Positions 17,815 to 28,242 of a DNA stretch of 64,000 nt are shown one piece after another. The position numbers and the translations under genes are program-made. The first letter of the stretch is position 1. Each line of letters begins with the position of its first letter. The notes beneath the pieces were generated by a model. It saw only the letters and a list, made by a program, of their open reading frames with translations, had not been told where the DNA came from and ran no database searches. Where the stretch lies: the NCBI GenBank assembly GCA_963674735.2, contig CAXXQS010000001.1, positions 2,560,001-2,624,000 on the forward strand, written 5' to 3'. Source of the stretch: Myxococcota bacterium (GTDB lineage: Bacteria; Myxococcota_A; SURF-8).

Positions 17815-20442
17815 ATGAAGCGACGAGGATCGAACATCCGCCGCCTGACGGCATGGATGACACTGATGGTACTGCTGCCGGTCTTATGGGCCTGCGGTGG
17901 AAGTGAAACCGATGGGACCGATGGAGACCGCGACCCGGAATTCACCCCCGAATGCTACGAGGATTCCGATTGCCCCACATCCCAGCTTTGTGTCGACCAG
18001 GTTTGTGTGGCTCCCGATGGAGACGTCGACGGCAACGCGCCGATCGACTGTCAGTCCAATCTCGATTGCCCCCCCAGCATGCGCTGCGACCGCGGGCAGG
18101 GGGTCTGTATTCCGCTGAACGGCGACGGCGACGATGAGGACGGCGACGACGACCGCGAGGACGATCGCGACGCAACCGAACAAGTGGACGGCGATCCGGA
18201 TGACGAGATGGAAGCGGAACCGGAAGAGGAAGAAGAGGAGGCTCCGCCTCCTCCCATCGATTTGAGCTTCATCGCACCCACCGACTCCCACGCGGTTGAC
18301 GGTGAGGTGGAGATCGAGCTGCAGATCGTCAGTGATCTCACCATCGACAAAGTGGAAATCTACGCCTTCGGGTCGCTGCTGGCCGAATTTGTCGCTCCGC
18401 CTTACAAGGCATTCTGGCAAACCGCCGGTTTCGATGAAGGGCCCGTGGAATTGCGTGCGGTCGCCTACTCGGGAGAGGGCGCCGTGGCCGAACGGCTGAC
18501 CGCAATCGTGGACCACAGCGTGCCCGAACTGACCGTGTTGAGCCCCGAACCCGGCCAACAATACGGCTACGAAGACACCATCGAAATTCAGCTTGAGGCG
18601 GGAGATAATCTGGAAGAGGTCACCTTGACTCTCAACGGGGAAGAACTGGCCACCATCACCGAATTCGACGACTCGGGCGATGTATCGTATACCTTTGCGG
18701 CATCCGATCTCCAGCCGGGCTCGTATGTCCTCGATATCACGGTGTACGACCAGGTGGAGGCGCATACGGAAGCGACGGAAACCGTTTTGTTCGGGATCGA
18801 CAACGAAGGCCCGCAACTTGTTCTGACGAATGTCGTTTGGTCGGATATCAACCCGAATGAAGGTGAAATCTTCGCTGAAGACCTGATGGAGGTGTACTTC
18901 GACGATCTTTCGGGCCTCAAACAGGTTTACCTCGAAATCAAAGACGATTACAACCACACCTTGATTCTCAAAGAGGCGCGCGGCGACTTTCCCTTAACAA
19001 TCGATGATTTCGATGATCTGCTGCACCCCTTCACGGAATATCGTTATCCCATGGTGCTCAACATCGTAGCCAACGCCACCGATAACTACAACCAACAATC
19101 GGTTTTCTTAAAAAAGCTCACGGTCCGCCGCTTGAAGTGGCAGTACGATCCACAGGTCGCCGCACCGGTCAACTTCGTTCAACGGGCGGGAGCCGCCGCC
19201 AATCAGGTGCGCGGGGATATCTATATCGCGATTTACGACGAACTCCAGTCCATCACGGCCGACGGTACGCATCGCTTTAGCTGTGAAATGACCAGCCCCT
19301 TCGCCACAACTCCGGTCGTCGCCGAGCGCGACGGGTACCCGGTCGTGGTGTTTTCCGCCACGAATGACGCCGCCCTGGTGGCCCGTGTCGATGACAACGG
19401 GGCCGGTCCCTGCGACCGCTTCGTGGTTGAAAGTGCGTTGACCGATCCGGCCGCACCGGCGGTCGGCCCTATCGAAGGCGAGCCGGACGACTTCTATGTC
19501 CCGCTCTATTATTGCGCGCGCAGCGATCTCAATACGCGCTGTTTTGAAATTCACTATCACGTGGCGCTCGACCAGGAACGCAACGGCGACTCTCCGTTCA
19601 GTATCGCCTGGTCCACCACCATCACCGGTTATGCCCCCCCGACCGCGCCCATCCATCCCATCGAATCCGGCGGATCACGCAACCTGACCCTCGGCGCAGG
19701 CCGGGCGGTCGTGCAACTCGATCTGGACAGCAACGGAGCCTGGGTAGCCTCCGAGTATTTCAACCCATACCAGAAGCTGAAATACGTCCTGGCCAGCCCG
19801 GTGCAAAACAGCATCTACGCCACCTCGGATAAGGAATTCCACAGCTATAAATACGATCTCTTCCCCCGTGAACAGATCGTCTATTCCACCGCCGAAAACG
19901 GCGACTGCCTTGAAAATTACCAATGCGATTCAGGTGAAATCTGCAATGACGACGAGAAATGCGTCTCGGCCGATGAATTCCTGGATGCCGAACCCGTGGC
20001 GGACCGCCTGGGAACGCTGTTTTTAAGCACTCAGCTTGAACGTAACAGCGCCATCCGGGGTGTTTTGATGGCGATCAGCTTCAGCGGCTCCTTAATCGAA
20101 GGCAGCGTGTGGGAATACATTACGGAAGGACTCATCGGCGGAAGCCCGGCCGTCGGCATGGACGACATTCTGTATGTCCCCGGCAGCAACACAAACGGCA
20201 ACCTCTACGCCCTCGACATCTACGCCGACGTGGACGGGGGAGAACGGCGCAAACGTTGGCAGGTGAAACTGGCCACTCCGCTTCTGGCTCCCCTTCTAAT
20301 CACGCCGCTCGGCGACCTGATCGCAGTCGGTAAAAACCGCCAGGTTCACGCCATCGATGTACGCGGAGAAGCCCCACCCGCCGATGCCTCCTGGCCCATG
20401 GCTCAGGGAGACCCCATGCGTAGCGGCGCGTTCATACCTTGA
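17815..20442 (+). CDS. Large surface lipoprotein with Cys-rich modules, Ig-like domains and a PQQ-like beta-propeller C-terminus
   Basis: LWAC lipobox, DGD linker, CxxxxDC..C..C modules, PPY..W.T Ig pattern, SPAVG/APLLI repeats and WPMAQGD..RSG ending. Confidence 0.75.
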   Translation: MKRRGSNIRRLTAWMTLMVLLPVLWACGGSETDGTDGDRDPEFTPECYEDSDCPTSQLCVDQVCVAPDGDVDGNAPIDCQSNLDCPPSMRCDRGQGVCIPLNGDGDDEDGDDDREDDRDATEQVDGDPDDEMEAEPEEEEEEAPPPPIDLSFIAPTDSHAVDGEVEIELQIVSDLTIDKVEIYAFGSLLAEFVAPPYKAFWQTAGFDEGPVELRAVAYSGEGAVAERLTAIVDHSVPELTVLSPEPGQQYGYEDTIEIQLEAGDNLEEVTLTLNGEELATITEFDDSGDVSYTFAASDLQPGSYVLDITVYDQVEAHTEATETVLFGIDNEGPQLVLTNVVWSDINPNEGEIFAEDLMEVYFDDLSGLKQVYLEIKDDYNHTLILKEARGDFPLTIDDFDDLLHPFTEYRYPMVLNIVANATDNYNQQSVFLKKLTVRRLKWQYDPQVAAPVNFVQRAGAAANQVRGDIYIAIYDELQSITADGTHRFSCEMTSPFATTPVVAERDGYPVVVFSATNDAALVARVDDNGAGPCDRFVVESALTDPAAPAVGPIEGEPDDFYVPLYYCARSDLNTRCFEIHYHVALDQERNGDSPFSIAWSTTITGYAPPTAPIHPIESGGSRNLTLGAGRAVVQLDLDSNGAWVASEYFNPYQKLKYVLASPVQNSIYATSDKEFHSYKYDLFPREQIVYSTAENGDCLENYQCDSGEICNDDEKCVSADEFLDAEPVADRLGTLFLSTQLERNSAIRGVLMAISFSGSLIEGSVWEYITEGLIGGSPAVGMDDILYVPGSNTNGNLYALDIYADVDGGERRKRWQVKLATPLLAPLLITPLGDLIAVGKNRQVHAIDVRGEAPPADASWPMAQGDPMRSGAFIP

Positions 20443-20642
20443 TTGTTCGCATTTGAAAAATTCTCGACCCGAGAAGCGAAAGGCTACCTCTAAAAATAGC
20501 TGTTCGTTACGAGAACGAAGGATTTTCGAGACCTGGCGATTTCCACAACCACAGGCATATCAATAGGATACGTCGAGGATTGGGGGAAGCGATCCGACTA
20601 GAAAAGAATCGTTCGCAGTAGAATATGGATTTTAGAGGCAGC

Positions 20643-23402
20643 CTAAACTTTGTCCAAGCGAGCGCGGCGTGCCTGAACTTGTTCCAACAAGGCCGGTAAA
20701 AGCGTAAGTCCGGCCAGGGATCCGATCAGCGTTCCCAAAATGGCCACCTGCCCGATGATCGCCACCCCCTTGGCGTCCACCAAGGCCCAGCCGCTAAGAT
20801 TCAACACCAGCGACAGCACCATCAAGGCGACCGACGGGGCGGTGAGTGTAACCGCCTGCAAAGCCCCGATTTGGCCGACCTGCCAATAGCGCAACCACAT
20901 GCGCAACGCCGTGTCAAAACCGACGCCGACTACAACGGGTATCGCCATATAGCTGTAGATATTCCAGCTTGTCCCGAGCCCCGCCATCCCCAATACCAGC
21001 CAGAAGGCCGCAACGACCTGCACGATCAAGACCAGCGGGATATGGCGCGAACGTCTCAAGGTCACCACGAAGACCGTTCCGGCCACCAGAAAAGCCAGCA
21101 GCATTAAAAGCGGCCCCGATTCACTCACCCGGCGAATCATGACAGCCAGATCCAAAGCCGATCCCGTCACCGAAATATCGCGCTGATCACCGACCCAAAC
21201 GACAGACTGTTCTTCGAGCCGTTTGGCCACCGGAGCGAAATAACCGTCGTGGCTCGGATACACGAACGCCACACATCCTACATAATGCTCGTCGAACTCC
21301 CGGATGGCCCTGTAAAGCGCTTCGCGCGGATCACGCGAACGGACGTTACGGGTCACGGCGGCGAGCCGGTCGTCCTCGCTCAGTCCATCCAGAATCTGCT
21401 TCACCCGCTCATCCGGCATTCGATCGAGCGTCTGCCGCAACACCTGCTCCCGCAACTCGGGTGATAATCCGGGAGCCTGTTGAGCCAATGCCCGCTGCAA
21501 AACATCCAACAATGCTTCGCTGCCTTTGGGTTGCAAGCTGAAGATCTGTATCACGCTGCGAGGAAGCTGGTACAAGCCGACTTGCGGCGGATGGAGGATC
21601 GGACGCACATCGTCGATGCGCCGTCTCACCCGACTGTCGAGAAAACCGATATTCTCTTCCGTCGCCAAGGCGTCGATCCGCCGCAAAATGGCGCGCTTTT
21701 CCTCCTGCTCGGTCGGCAGAAAGGTGAAAATCGAACTCTTGGTTTGGATAACCGAGTCGGGTTCAGCCTTCGATGCCTCGATTCTTTGGACCACCTGCAA
21801 CAAGACCTCGCGCGAAGGCGCGACAATCGTAAGCGGATCCTGCGACAAAGGCGAAATACGGGATATTTTTTCCCGCACTTCACGTGCGGCCGGCAAGCGC
21901 GTACGAATTTCCGAGAAATCCAGATCACGATCCAGAAATGGATCGCAGCAGGGGGTGTCCGGGCAACAGCGCATCAACGCCGAACACCAAGGTTCCCTTA
22001 AGCAGGAAAAACTCTGCAAAAGGATAAGTGCCCCCAAAGCGGCACCGATGAAACCGATCGCCAGCACCGCTCGTCCGCGGGCCATGCGTCGCGGTAACGG
22101 CTGGATCAAACGCACGGCCGTGGAAATGACCATCAGCCGCCTGCGTTCCGTCAGCGCCAAGACGGCAGGCAAGACCGTCGTCATCATGGTAGCCATGATC
22201 AGGACACCCGCTCCCCCCAACAGGCCGAATTGCCGGAAATCGAGCAAGTCAACTCCGGCCAAGGCGAACATGCCGCAGGCGGTAACGAAAGCGCTCAGAA
22301 TCGCCGGACGGCCGTCCTGGCGCATGGCGTCCGACAGAGCATCGTTGATATCGAGATTTCGGGAGCGCGCATTGACGTAGCTGTACAGCATCTGGATTCC
22401 GTAAGCCAGTCCGAAAGCCAAAGCCAGGGGAAGCGACAACGCCCCCATCGTGCTGAGAGCCCCGAAACCGGCTCCGGCCAAGCCTAAAAGCAGGAGAACC
22501 CCGCCCGACACCGACAACCACAGAAGCCATAAAGGTCGTATGCGCCTGAAAACAAGCAGAACAATCAGTGAGACACCGAGAAAAATCATGGCCGCATAGC
22601 CCGTTAGGGCTCGATCCAGTTTCTGCGTTTGCGCAATCCGCTCGAAATACGTGCCGCCCAGTAAAAACGAAACGTCCTTGAACTCGGATCGTGCGAGCAG
22701 ATCCCGGCCTGCCTGGCGGATCATCCGCAGGGTCTCGAGTGCCTTTTGACGCTGGTAAACGGGATACTCGGGTTTGAAGAGCGCTGCGAATACGCTGCCG
22801 TCCGCGCTGCTGAGGTACTCATGAAAACGCTGGACGCCATATTTGTGTTGCAGATCTTCGAAAGCGATGTCCACTTCCGGTTCTTCTTCGTCCTCAAGAT
22901 TAAAATAAAACGGGTTGTTTTTGAGGCGCTCTTGTTCCAACCGCCGAGTCAAGCGCTGCTCGATATCGAGCAGATCGACCTGTTTCAGATAAAGCAGCCG
23001 CCGGTCCTCGAAAAAACGCATCGGCAAGCGATAATAGCTGTAACGCAACAGCGGATCCTGACCGACCGCCAGGCGGCTATTGCGTTCCACATCAAGCGCC
23101 TGCACCCAGGCATCGACGAACCGCTGCCGGGCGGCGTAAGCTCCACCCTCGACGATACCGACGAGGAAATCACTCCCGCCAAGCTGCGTATCCAGGCGAG
23201 TCCGTTCTTCGATCGACCGCTCACCCGAGGCCCAGAACAGGGATTCCTGCTCGACGACGGTCAGCTGACGCGCCGGCCATAGAGCACCCACCATGCACAG
23301 CAACGCGACCCAAACGATGAGACCGGGGCGACGCAGAACCAGCCACGCCAGAGCGTCGAAAAGGCGATCGAGTCGCGTGGAGTCGGGATTGAGATCAGTC
23401 AT
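20643..23402 (-). CDS. MMPL/RND-family transporter
   Basis: Two TM bundles separated by large periplasmic loops; FRQFG, VTGS and LTLLPALL motifs. Confidence 0.85.
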   Translation of the reverse strand: MTDLNPDSTRLDRLFDALAWLVLRRPGLIVWVALLCMVGALWPARQLTVVEQESLFWASGERSIEERTRLDTQLGGSDFLVGIVEGGAYAARQRFVDAWVQALDVERNSRLAVGQDPLLRYSYYRLPMRFFEDRRLLYLKQVDLLDIEQRLTRRLEQERLKNNPFYFNLEDEEEPEVDIAFEDLQHKYGVQRFHEYLSSADGSVFAALFKPEYPVYQRQKALETLRMIRQAGRDLLARSEFKDVSFLLGGTYFERIAQTQKLDRALTGYAAMIFLGVSLIVLLVFRRIRPLWLLWLSVSGGVLLLLGLAGAGFGALSTMGALSLPLALAFGLAYGIQMLYSYVNARSRNLDINDALSDAMRQDGRPAILSAFVTACGMFALAGVDLLDFRQFGLLGGAGVLIMATMMTTVLPAVLALTERRRLMVISTAVRLIQPLPRRMARGRAVLAIGFIGAALGALILLQSFSCLREPWCSALMRCCPDTPCCDPFLDRDLDFSEIRTRLPAAREVREKISRISPLSQDPLTIVAPSREVLLQVVQRIEASKAEPDSVIQTKSSIFTFLPTEQEEKRAILRRIDALATEENIGFLDSRVRRRIDDVRPILHPPQVGLYQLPRSVIQIFSLQPKGSEALLDVLQRALAQQAPGLSPELREQVLRQTLDRMPDERVKQILDGLSEDDRLAAVTRNVRSRDPREALYRAIREFDEHYVGCVAFVYPSHDGYFAPVAKRLEEQSVVWVGDQRDISVTGSALDLAVMIRRVSESGPLLMLLAFLVAGTVFVVTLRRSRHIPLVLIVQVVAAFWLVLGMAGLGTSWNIYSYMAIPVVVGVGFDTALRMWLRYWQVGQIGALQAVTLTAPSVALMVLSLVLNLSGWALVDAKGVAIIGQVAILGTLIGSLAGLTLLPALLEQVQARRARLDKV

Positions 23403-23555
23403 GGAAACGGACGCTCCGGACCTGGGGCGATGGCACATGCAAAGGATGTAACATAAACGCCCGAGGCCTTGTCAAGCATCGAAGATTGAAGAAGACGGCA
23501 CGGCCGCCCTGGATCGGGAGCCGTGCCCTTTCAAGAATTCCGACCGAAAGCCGGT

Positions 23556-26500
23556 CTATTTGCAGAACTGATGGCAATTGTTGACCGGACCGCACTTGTA
23601 GGGTGCCTCCCAAATACCGTTGATCCGGCGCAGATGGATGAACCAATCGACGTCGATCAGGTTGTCGTAGCAATGCGTGCCACGCCACCATTCGACATCC
23701 GAACCATCCTTGTGCAAACGCACATCGACCGCCTCGCCGAACAGGCTGCTGATGCCAACGGCCGTCACTTTGATGATGTATTCGCCATCCAGGTCTTCCA
23801 CGTAATCGTCCTGCTGATCGGCATAGTCCCAAATGATAAGCGAGCCATTGTCGTTGCCGCCGATTCCTTCGCAGCGGCCGGAATGGATCGGCCCCCAGTC
23901 ACAGGCGTATTGCGCCACATCGGGAGGTCCGCAGACTTCGTCTTCGGGATTCGTGAAAATCAAGTCGTAACCCAGGAAACCGCCCAGGCAAACGTTGATG
24001 CCGTCGAGGAAGATGGACAGCGTCTCCGGTTTCTCGACCGGCACCACAACCGAGGCCCAATCGCTCCAGACCGCCTCATCATCCATCACCCGACCGCGAT
24101 ACGTCCACGACCCCACCTTGTTGGGACGGTTGACGGCGGATGCGCCATTGGCGTTGAGCGTCGTGTCGCCGAAAGGAGGAGCGGAAACCACTTCGAACTG
24201 CCAGTTCTGGATGTTGCCACCGTCGGGATCGTAGCTGTCGAGCAAATCGAGCAGGGTTTCGGCCCCGGCCTTCGGGTTAACCATATCGGCCGGAAGTTGG
24301 CCGTTGACCTTCAGAATCGCCACCGGACGCGTCACGGCCGAAACGCGGATCGTATCTTTCACACTCCAGAGATCGTGCGAATCTTTAACGCGCAGGCTGA
24401 AAATCCAATCGCCCGGCATGTTCACCACGACAGTTGCGGAGCTGTCGGCCAGCACCAGATCGCCATGCCCCGCCGGGGCGGAATCGATGGCGTATTCCCA
24501 TTCGACGATCGTGTCATCGGGGTCGGATTCGTAGCTACCGGTCGTATCGTTGTAAACCTGATCGTCGTCCAAAAGTACCAGGCTATCGACCGGAGCGCTG
24601 ATGTCGAAGGTGGATCCGTTGGCCTGGATTTCCGCCACCGGCGGATGATTGATGGGTCCATCCGCATTCAACAGAATGAAGGCCTCGGTGCGATCGGAAT
24701 CGCCGGGCTGGAAGAGATCGTAATCGTTGTGGGTGATGCTGATGGCGCCAATCGCTTGTCCGCCGCCCAGCGGCTCGTACACCGCATCAAACGTCATGGT
24801 CTGGCTCTGTTCCAGTTCCACCGGCAGCGTCACCGTTGCCCCCGCCTTTTCGAAGTTTTCGACTCCGAAATACGGGCTGCTACCGATATCGATATTCACC
24901 GAAAAAATGGTCAGCGAGCCGTTTCCGATATTTTTGAGGGTGACATGCTCCACGCTGCGATCGTTCAGTTCAACCGGCACGAAATCGATTTCTTCCGGTT
25001 GCATGAAGAAAATCGGGTTGGACGACGTCGCTTCCATCATCAGACGCACCGAGCCGTCTTCTTCGGAATTGCCGGCATTCGAGAAAATATCCGCCGCACT
25101 GCGATTGCCCCCTTCGTCGAACGCATAGGTGAAATCGATATAGCGCGACTGACCGGGGAAAATCGGTTCATAGATATCGGCCGCTTCCGTATACCCGAAG
25201 TCCGCACTACCCACCGGGTCCATCTCGATGGAACTGATCACCAGGTCGTCGGTGCCGTCGTTGAACACGCGCACACTCTCGACAGCCGTTTCCATATTTT
25301 GCACGACGCCGAAGTCGATTTCTTCCGGTTCCAGCCGAATCAAGGCCTGCTTGCCGCTTCCCAGCACTTCCACAAAGTAATCGGGTTTGGGATCTTCCCC
25401 TTCCATCTGACCGCCCTGAATCCATAGCCGATCAGTGGTTTCCGGAATGGCGGTGGGAGTAAAGCTCAACGTCACTTGCCCCCCTTCATCGGGAGCGAGC
25501 ACCCACGGCAACGCCGGATCGGCACTTACAACGGCGAACTCCGGATTTGAATCGAACAAGGCAATCCCATCGATGGGGAATTCATCGTTTCCGACATTGA
25601 GAATCTGGACGTCCAGGGTGTGCGTCTGGTCCACGATCTGGGCGCCGAAATCGATGGGGAACGGCGTTACCGCCAGATCGGCCTGTGACCCCAACCCCGT
25701 AATGGCAAAACTCATCATGGGGCCTTGGTCGGGATCGTTGGTTTCGACATACAGGATGTTGCTGTAGTTACCCATGCTGCGCGGCGCGAATTCGAGGCCC
25801 ACTTCGATGGCCTGACCGGGAATCAGGAAAACAGGCTGCTGCTCGTTGATGGTCTGCGGGGGCGTCAGAACGAAGCCGCCATCGACCAACTGCCCGTTCT
25901 GCAACGATAATCCGCTGATTTTCAAAACGCGGTTGCCATCCGGATCGGCCGGTTGGTTTTTAACCTGAAGCATGATTTTGGCGGTGGTATAAACCGGAAC
26001 CTCGCCAAACTCGATGGGAGACGGTTCGATCGCCAGATTGGCCTCGCCTTTGTACTGCGGGGTCAGGTCGACGCGCACAATAGGGGCTTCATTGTCGTCG
26101 CTGGTTACCAGGATCTGCTCACCGTCGTCATCGAGTTCATCGTAGGGAGCATAGGTAATACGCAGAACGAAGGACTCATCCGGGGCCAACACCACCGGCG
26201 GCGTGATTTCCTCCACCATGTCATCAGCCAAGGTGATGAAAGTGAAGTCAAGCAGACCTTCGTTCAAGAACTGCACGCTGGTTACGGTAAGGTCCGCCGT
26301 CGCGGCGGCCGCGTTGCGGATAATGACGTCCTTGGTGCTGGTGCGTCCCCACTGAACGCTACCGAAATTGACGTTTTGCGGAATCACTTCAAGACGTCGG
26401 CCATCCGTATCGTCGCTTTCCGCCTGCTCGTGGTCACCGTCGGCTTGATCGCCGTCGGGGTCATCTCCATCAATCTGATCGCCGTCGGGGTCGGGTATGC

Positions 26501-26729
26501 AGATATCACTGGTCGGACTGCAGATGTAGCCGTCGGGGCAATCGTCGTCCGATTCGCAGGGCGTGCAATCTTCTCCGGGCGGACAAAACGCGGTATCGCC
26601 ATCGCTTCCCGCGCTATCCAAATCGCCATCCGGCTCTCCCTGGGAACCGCTATCCGAGCAACCCAGTGCGAAAAGAAACAGAAAGATCACACACCAAACC
26701 GTTAAAGCCCCCATACCGCGAGCCGACAT
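23556..26729 (-). CDS. Lipoprotein with about five ASH/choice-of-anchor-D Ig-like repeats plus PKD-like domains
   Basis: ALGC lipobox; repeats of P..(I/V)xFG.V...N.G...L.I; SYDPDG...W PKD-like motifs; AAGGAGG RBS before ATG 26729. Confidence 0.82.
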   Translation of the reverse strand: MSARGMGALTVWCVIFLFLFALGCSDSGSQGEPDGDLDSAGSDGDTAFCPPGEDCTPCESDDDCPDGYICSPTSDICIPDPDGDQIDGDDPDGDQADGDHEQAESDDTDGRRLEVIPQNVNFGSVQWGRTSTKDVIIRNAAAATADLTVTSVQFLNEGLLDFTFITLADDMVEEITPPVVLAPDESFVLRITYAPYDELDDDGEQILVTSDDNEAPIVRVDLTPQYKGEANLAIEPSPIEFGEVPVYTTAKIMLQVKNQPADPDGNRVLKISGLSLQNGQLVDGGFVLTPPQTINEQQPVFLIPGQAIEVGLEFAPRSMGNYSNILYVETNDPDQGPMMSFAITGLGSQADLAVTPFPIDFGAQIVDQTHTLDVQILNVGNDEFPIDGIALFDSNPEFAVVSADPALPWVLAPDEGGQVTLSFTPTAIPETTDRLWIQGGQMEGEDPKPDYFVEVLGSGKQALIRLEPEEIDFGVVQNMETAVESVRVFNDGTDDLVISSIEMDPVGSADFGYTEAADIYEPIFPGQSRYIDFTYAFDEGGNRSAADIFSNAGNSEEDGSVRLMMEATSSNPIFFMQPEEIDFVPVELNDRSVEHVTLKNIGNGSLTIFSVNIDIGSSPYFGVENFEKAGATVTLPVELEQSQTMTFDAVYEPLGGGQAIGAISITHNDYDLFQPGDSDRTEAFILLNADGPINHPPVAEIQANGSTFDISAPVDSLVLLDDDQVYNDTTGSYESDPDDTIVEWEYAIDSAPAGHGDLVLADSSATVVVNMPGDWIFSLRVKDSHDLWSVKDTIRVSAVTRPVAILKVNGQLPADMVNPKAGAETLLDLLDSYDPDGGNIQNWQFEVVSAPPFGDTTLNANGASAVNRPNKVGSWTYRGRVMDDEAVWSDWASVVVPVEKPETLSIFLDGINVCLGGFLGYDLIFTNPEDEVCGPPDVAQYACDWGPIHSGRCEGIGGNDNGSLIIWDYADQQDDYVEDLDGEYIIKVTAVGISSLFGEAVDVRLHKDGSDVEWWRGTHCYDNLIDVDWFIHLRRINGIWEAPYKCGPVNNCHQFCK

Positions 26730-27116
26730 TGCATGCCTCCTTGGGATAACCCCTCGCATTTTCAACTACTTGCCATTCTTAATATTTGTATCGCGGCCCA
26801 CTGCCAATGTCAAGATTTACCCCGAATCGCCAAAGAATTCACTTGTGGTTATCAAAACACAAACTGCCGATCATGCGCAAAGACAGTCGACAAACGGAAA
26901 GACTCTTTGTGTATTTGTGGTTGCGTTTCCGGTATCCTTGCCAAATATCACAGGACTAAAGCGAAAATCCCAACAAAGAAAACCGGACTGGCGAACACCC
27001 TGCCCTACAAATCTGCGAAAAGTGTTGAAACCATACGGAATTCGGTCTACAAGTAATGGGGCGATCTGTCGAACAGTCGCCAATGGTTTTGGGGGTTTAG
27101 CTAGAGGCACAACAAC

Positions 27117-27515
27117 ATGCGTTACAAAATCGCGATTATCGACGATGAGGAAAAGATCCTTTCCAGTCTGCAACGGTATTTCTCCTTGAAAAATTTCGAT
27201 GTCGAAACATTCTCGGATCCACTCCAAGCCTTGTCGGCGATCAGACGCCAACACATCAAAGTGGTCCTGACCGACATCAACATGCCCGGTCTGGACGGCT
27301 TGCAATTACTGAGTCGATTGAAAAAAATCAATCCCCTGATCCAGGTCGTCATTATGACAGGCAATGCAACCGCCGAAACGGTGCGGGAATCCATTCAGAA
27401 CGGTGCGGCCGGTTTTATCGTGAAGCCCTTCGACTCCTTGCAGATGGTGGAGTCGCTGGTTGAAAAAGCGGTGGGAATCGTCGAAAAGAAATTGATGGGG
27501 CGCCACGGATCATGA
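27117..27515 (+). CDS. Single-domain response regulator
   Basis: IIDDE, DINMPGLDG, MTG, KPF receiver motifs; no output domain. Confidence 0.92.
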   Translation: MRYKIAIIDDEEKILSSLQRYFSLKNFDVETFSDPLQALSAIRRQHIKVVLTDINMPGLDGLQLLSRLKKINPLIQVVIMTGNATAETVRESIQNGAAGFIVKPFDSLQMVESLVEKAVGIVEKKLMGRHGS

Positions 27516-28054
27516 CCAATCCGCCATTGCCCGATGCGGGCTATATCCATCTTTACACCGGTGACGGCAAAGGCAAAACGACCGCCGCGTTGGGGCTTGC
27601 CCTGCGGGCGGCGGGATACGGGTACCACGTCTTCATCGGACAGTTCATGAAAGGCATCGCTTACAGCGAACTGGCGGCGATCGAGCGCCTGGGCGAAGCC
27701 GTCACCCTCGAACGCTTCGGCGAAGATCAGATGGTTCACCCCCAAGCCCCGCGCGAAAGCGACCGCCAAAGGGCTCGCGACGGTCTCAAACAAGTGGCCG
27801 ACGCCATCGATTCCGGGGATTATCAGTTGGTGATTCTGGACGAAATCAACGTCACCGTGGCCTACGGGCTGCTGCCCGAAACCGAGGTTCTGGCTCTGCT
27901 GGATGCCAAGCCCGCCGGAGTCGAACTGGTGCTCACCGGCCGGGATGCGCCTGAAAGCTTTTTCAAACGCGCCGATCTGATCACCGAAATGCGGGAAGTA
28001 CGTCACTATTACGCCGACAAGGGGGTTTTGTCACGCCCGGGAATCGATCGCTGA
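27512..28054 (+). CDS. cobO: Cob(I)alamin adenosyltransferase (CobO/BtuR)
   Basis: YTGDGKGKTTAALG, QFMKG, ILDEIN, LTGR, ADLITEM. Confidence 0.93.
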   Translation: MTNPPLPDAGYIHLYTGDGKGKTTAALGLALRAAGYGYHVFIGQFMKGIAYSELAAIERLGEAVTLERFGEDQMVHPQAPRESDRQRARDGLKQVADAIDSGDYQLVILDEINVTVAYGLLPETEVLALLDAKPAGVELVLTGRDAPESFFKRADLITEMREVRHYYADKGVLSRPGIDR

Positions 28055-28242
28055 AACAGAGGTTCATTCGGATCGGCTTGATTTTTGGTCGTTTTCTGGC
28101 ATGATAAGGCATCTGTCAAGCGTATACGGCCATCGTCGGACTTCCCCGACATGCACCGTTCGTCCAATAGCCGCCATTTCCCGTCGCCCTCATTCGGTAC
28201 GTTCAAGGGTGACACGGAGGCAGGCAAGGGAGGTTCCAAAAC

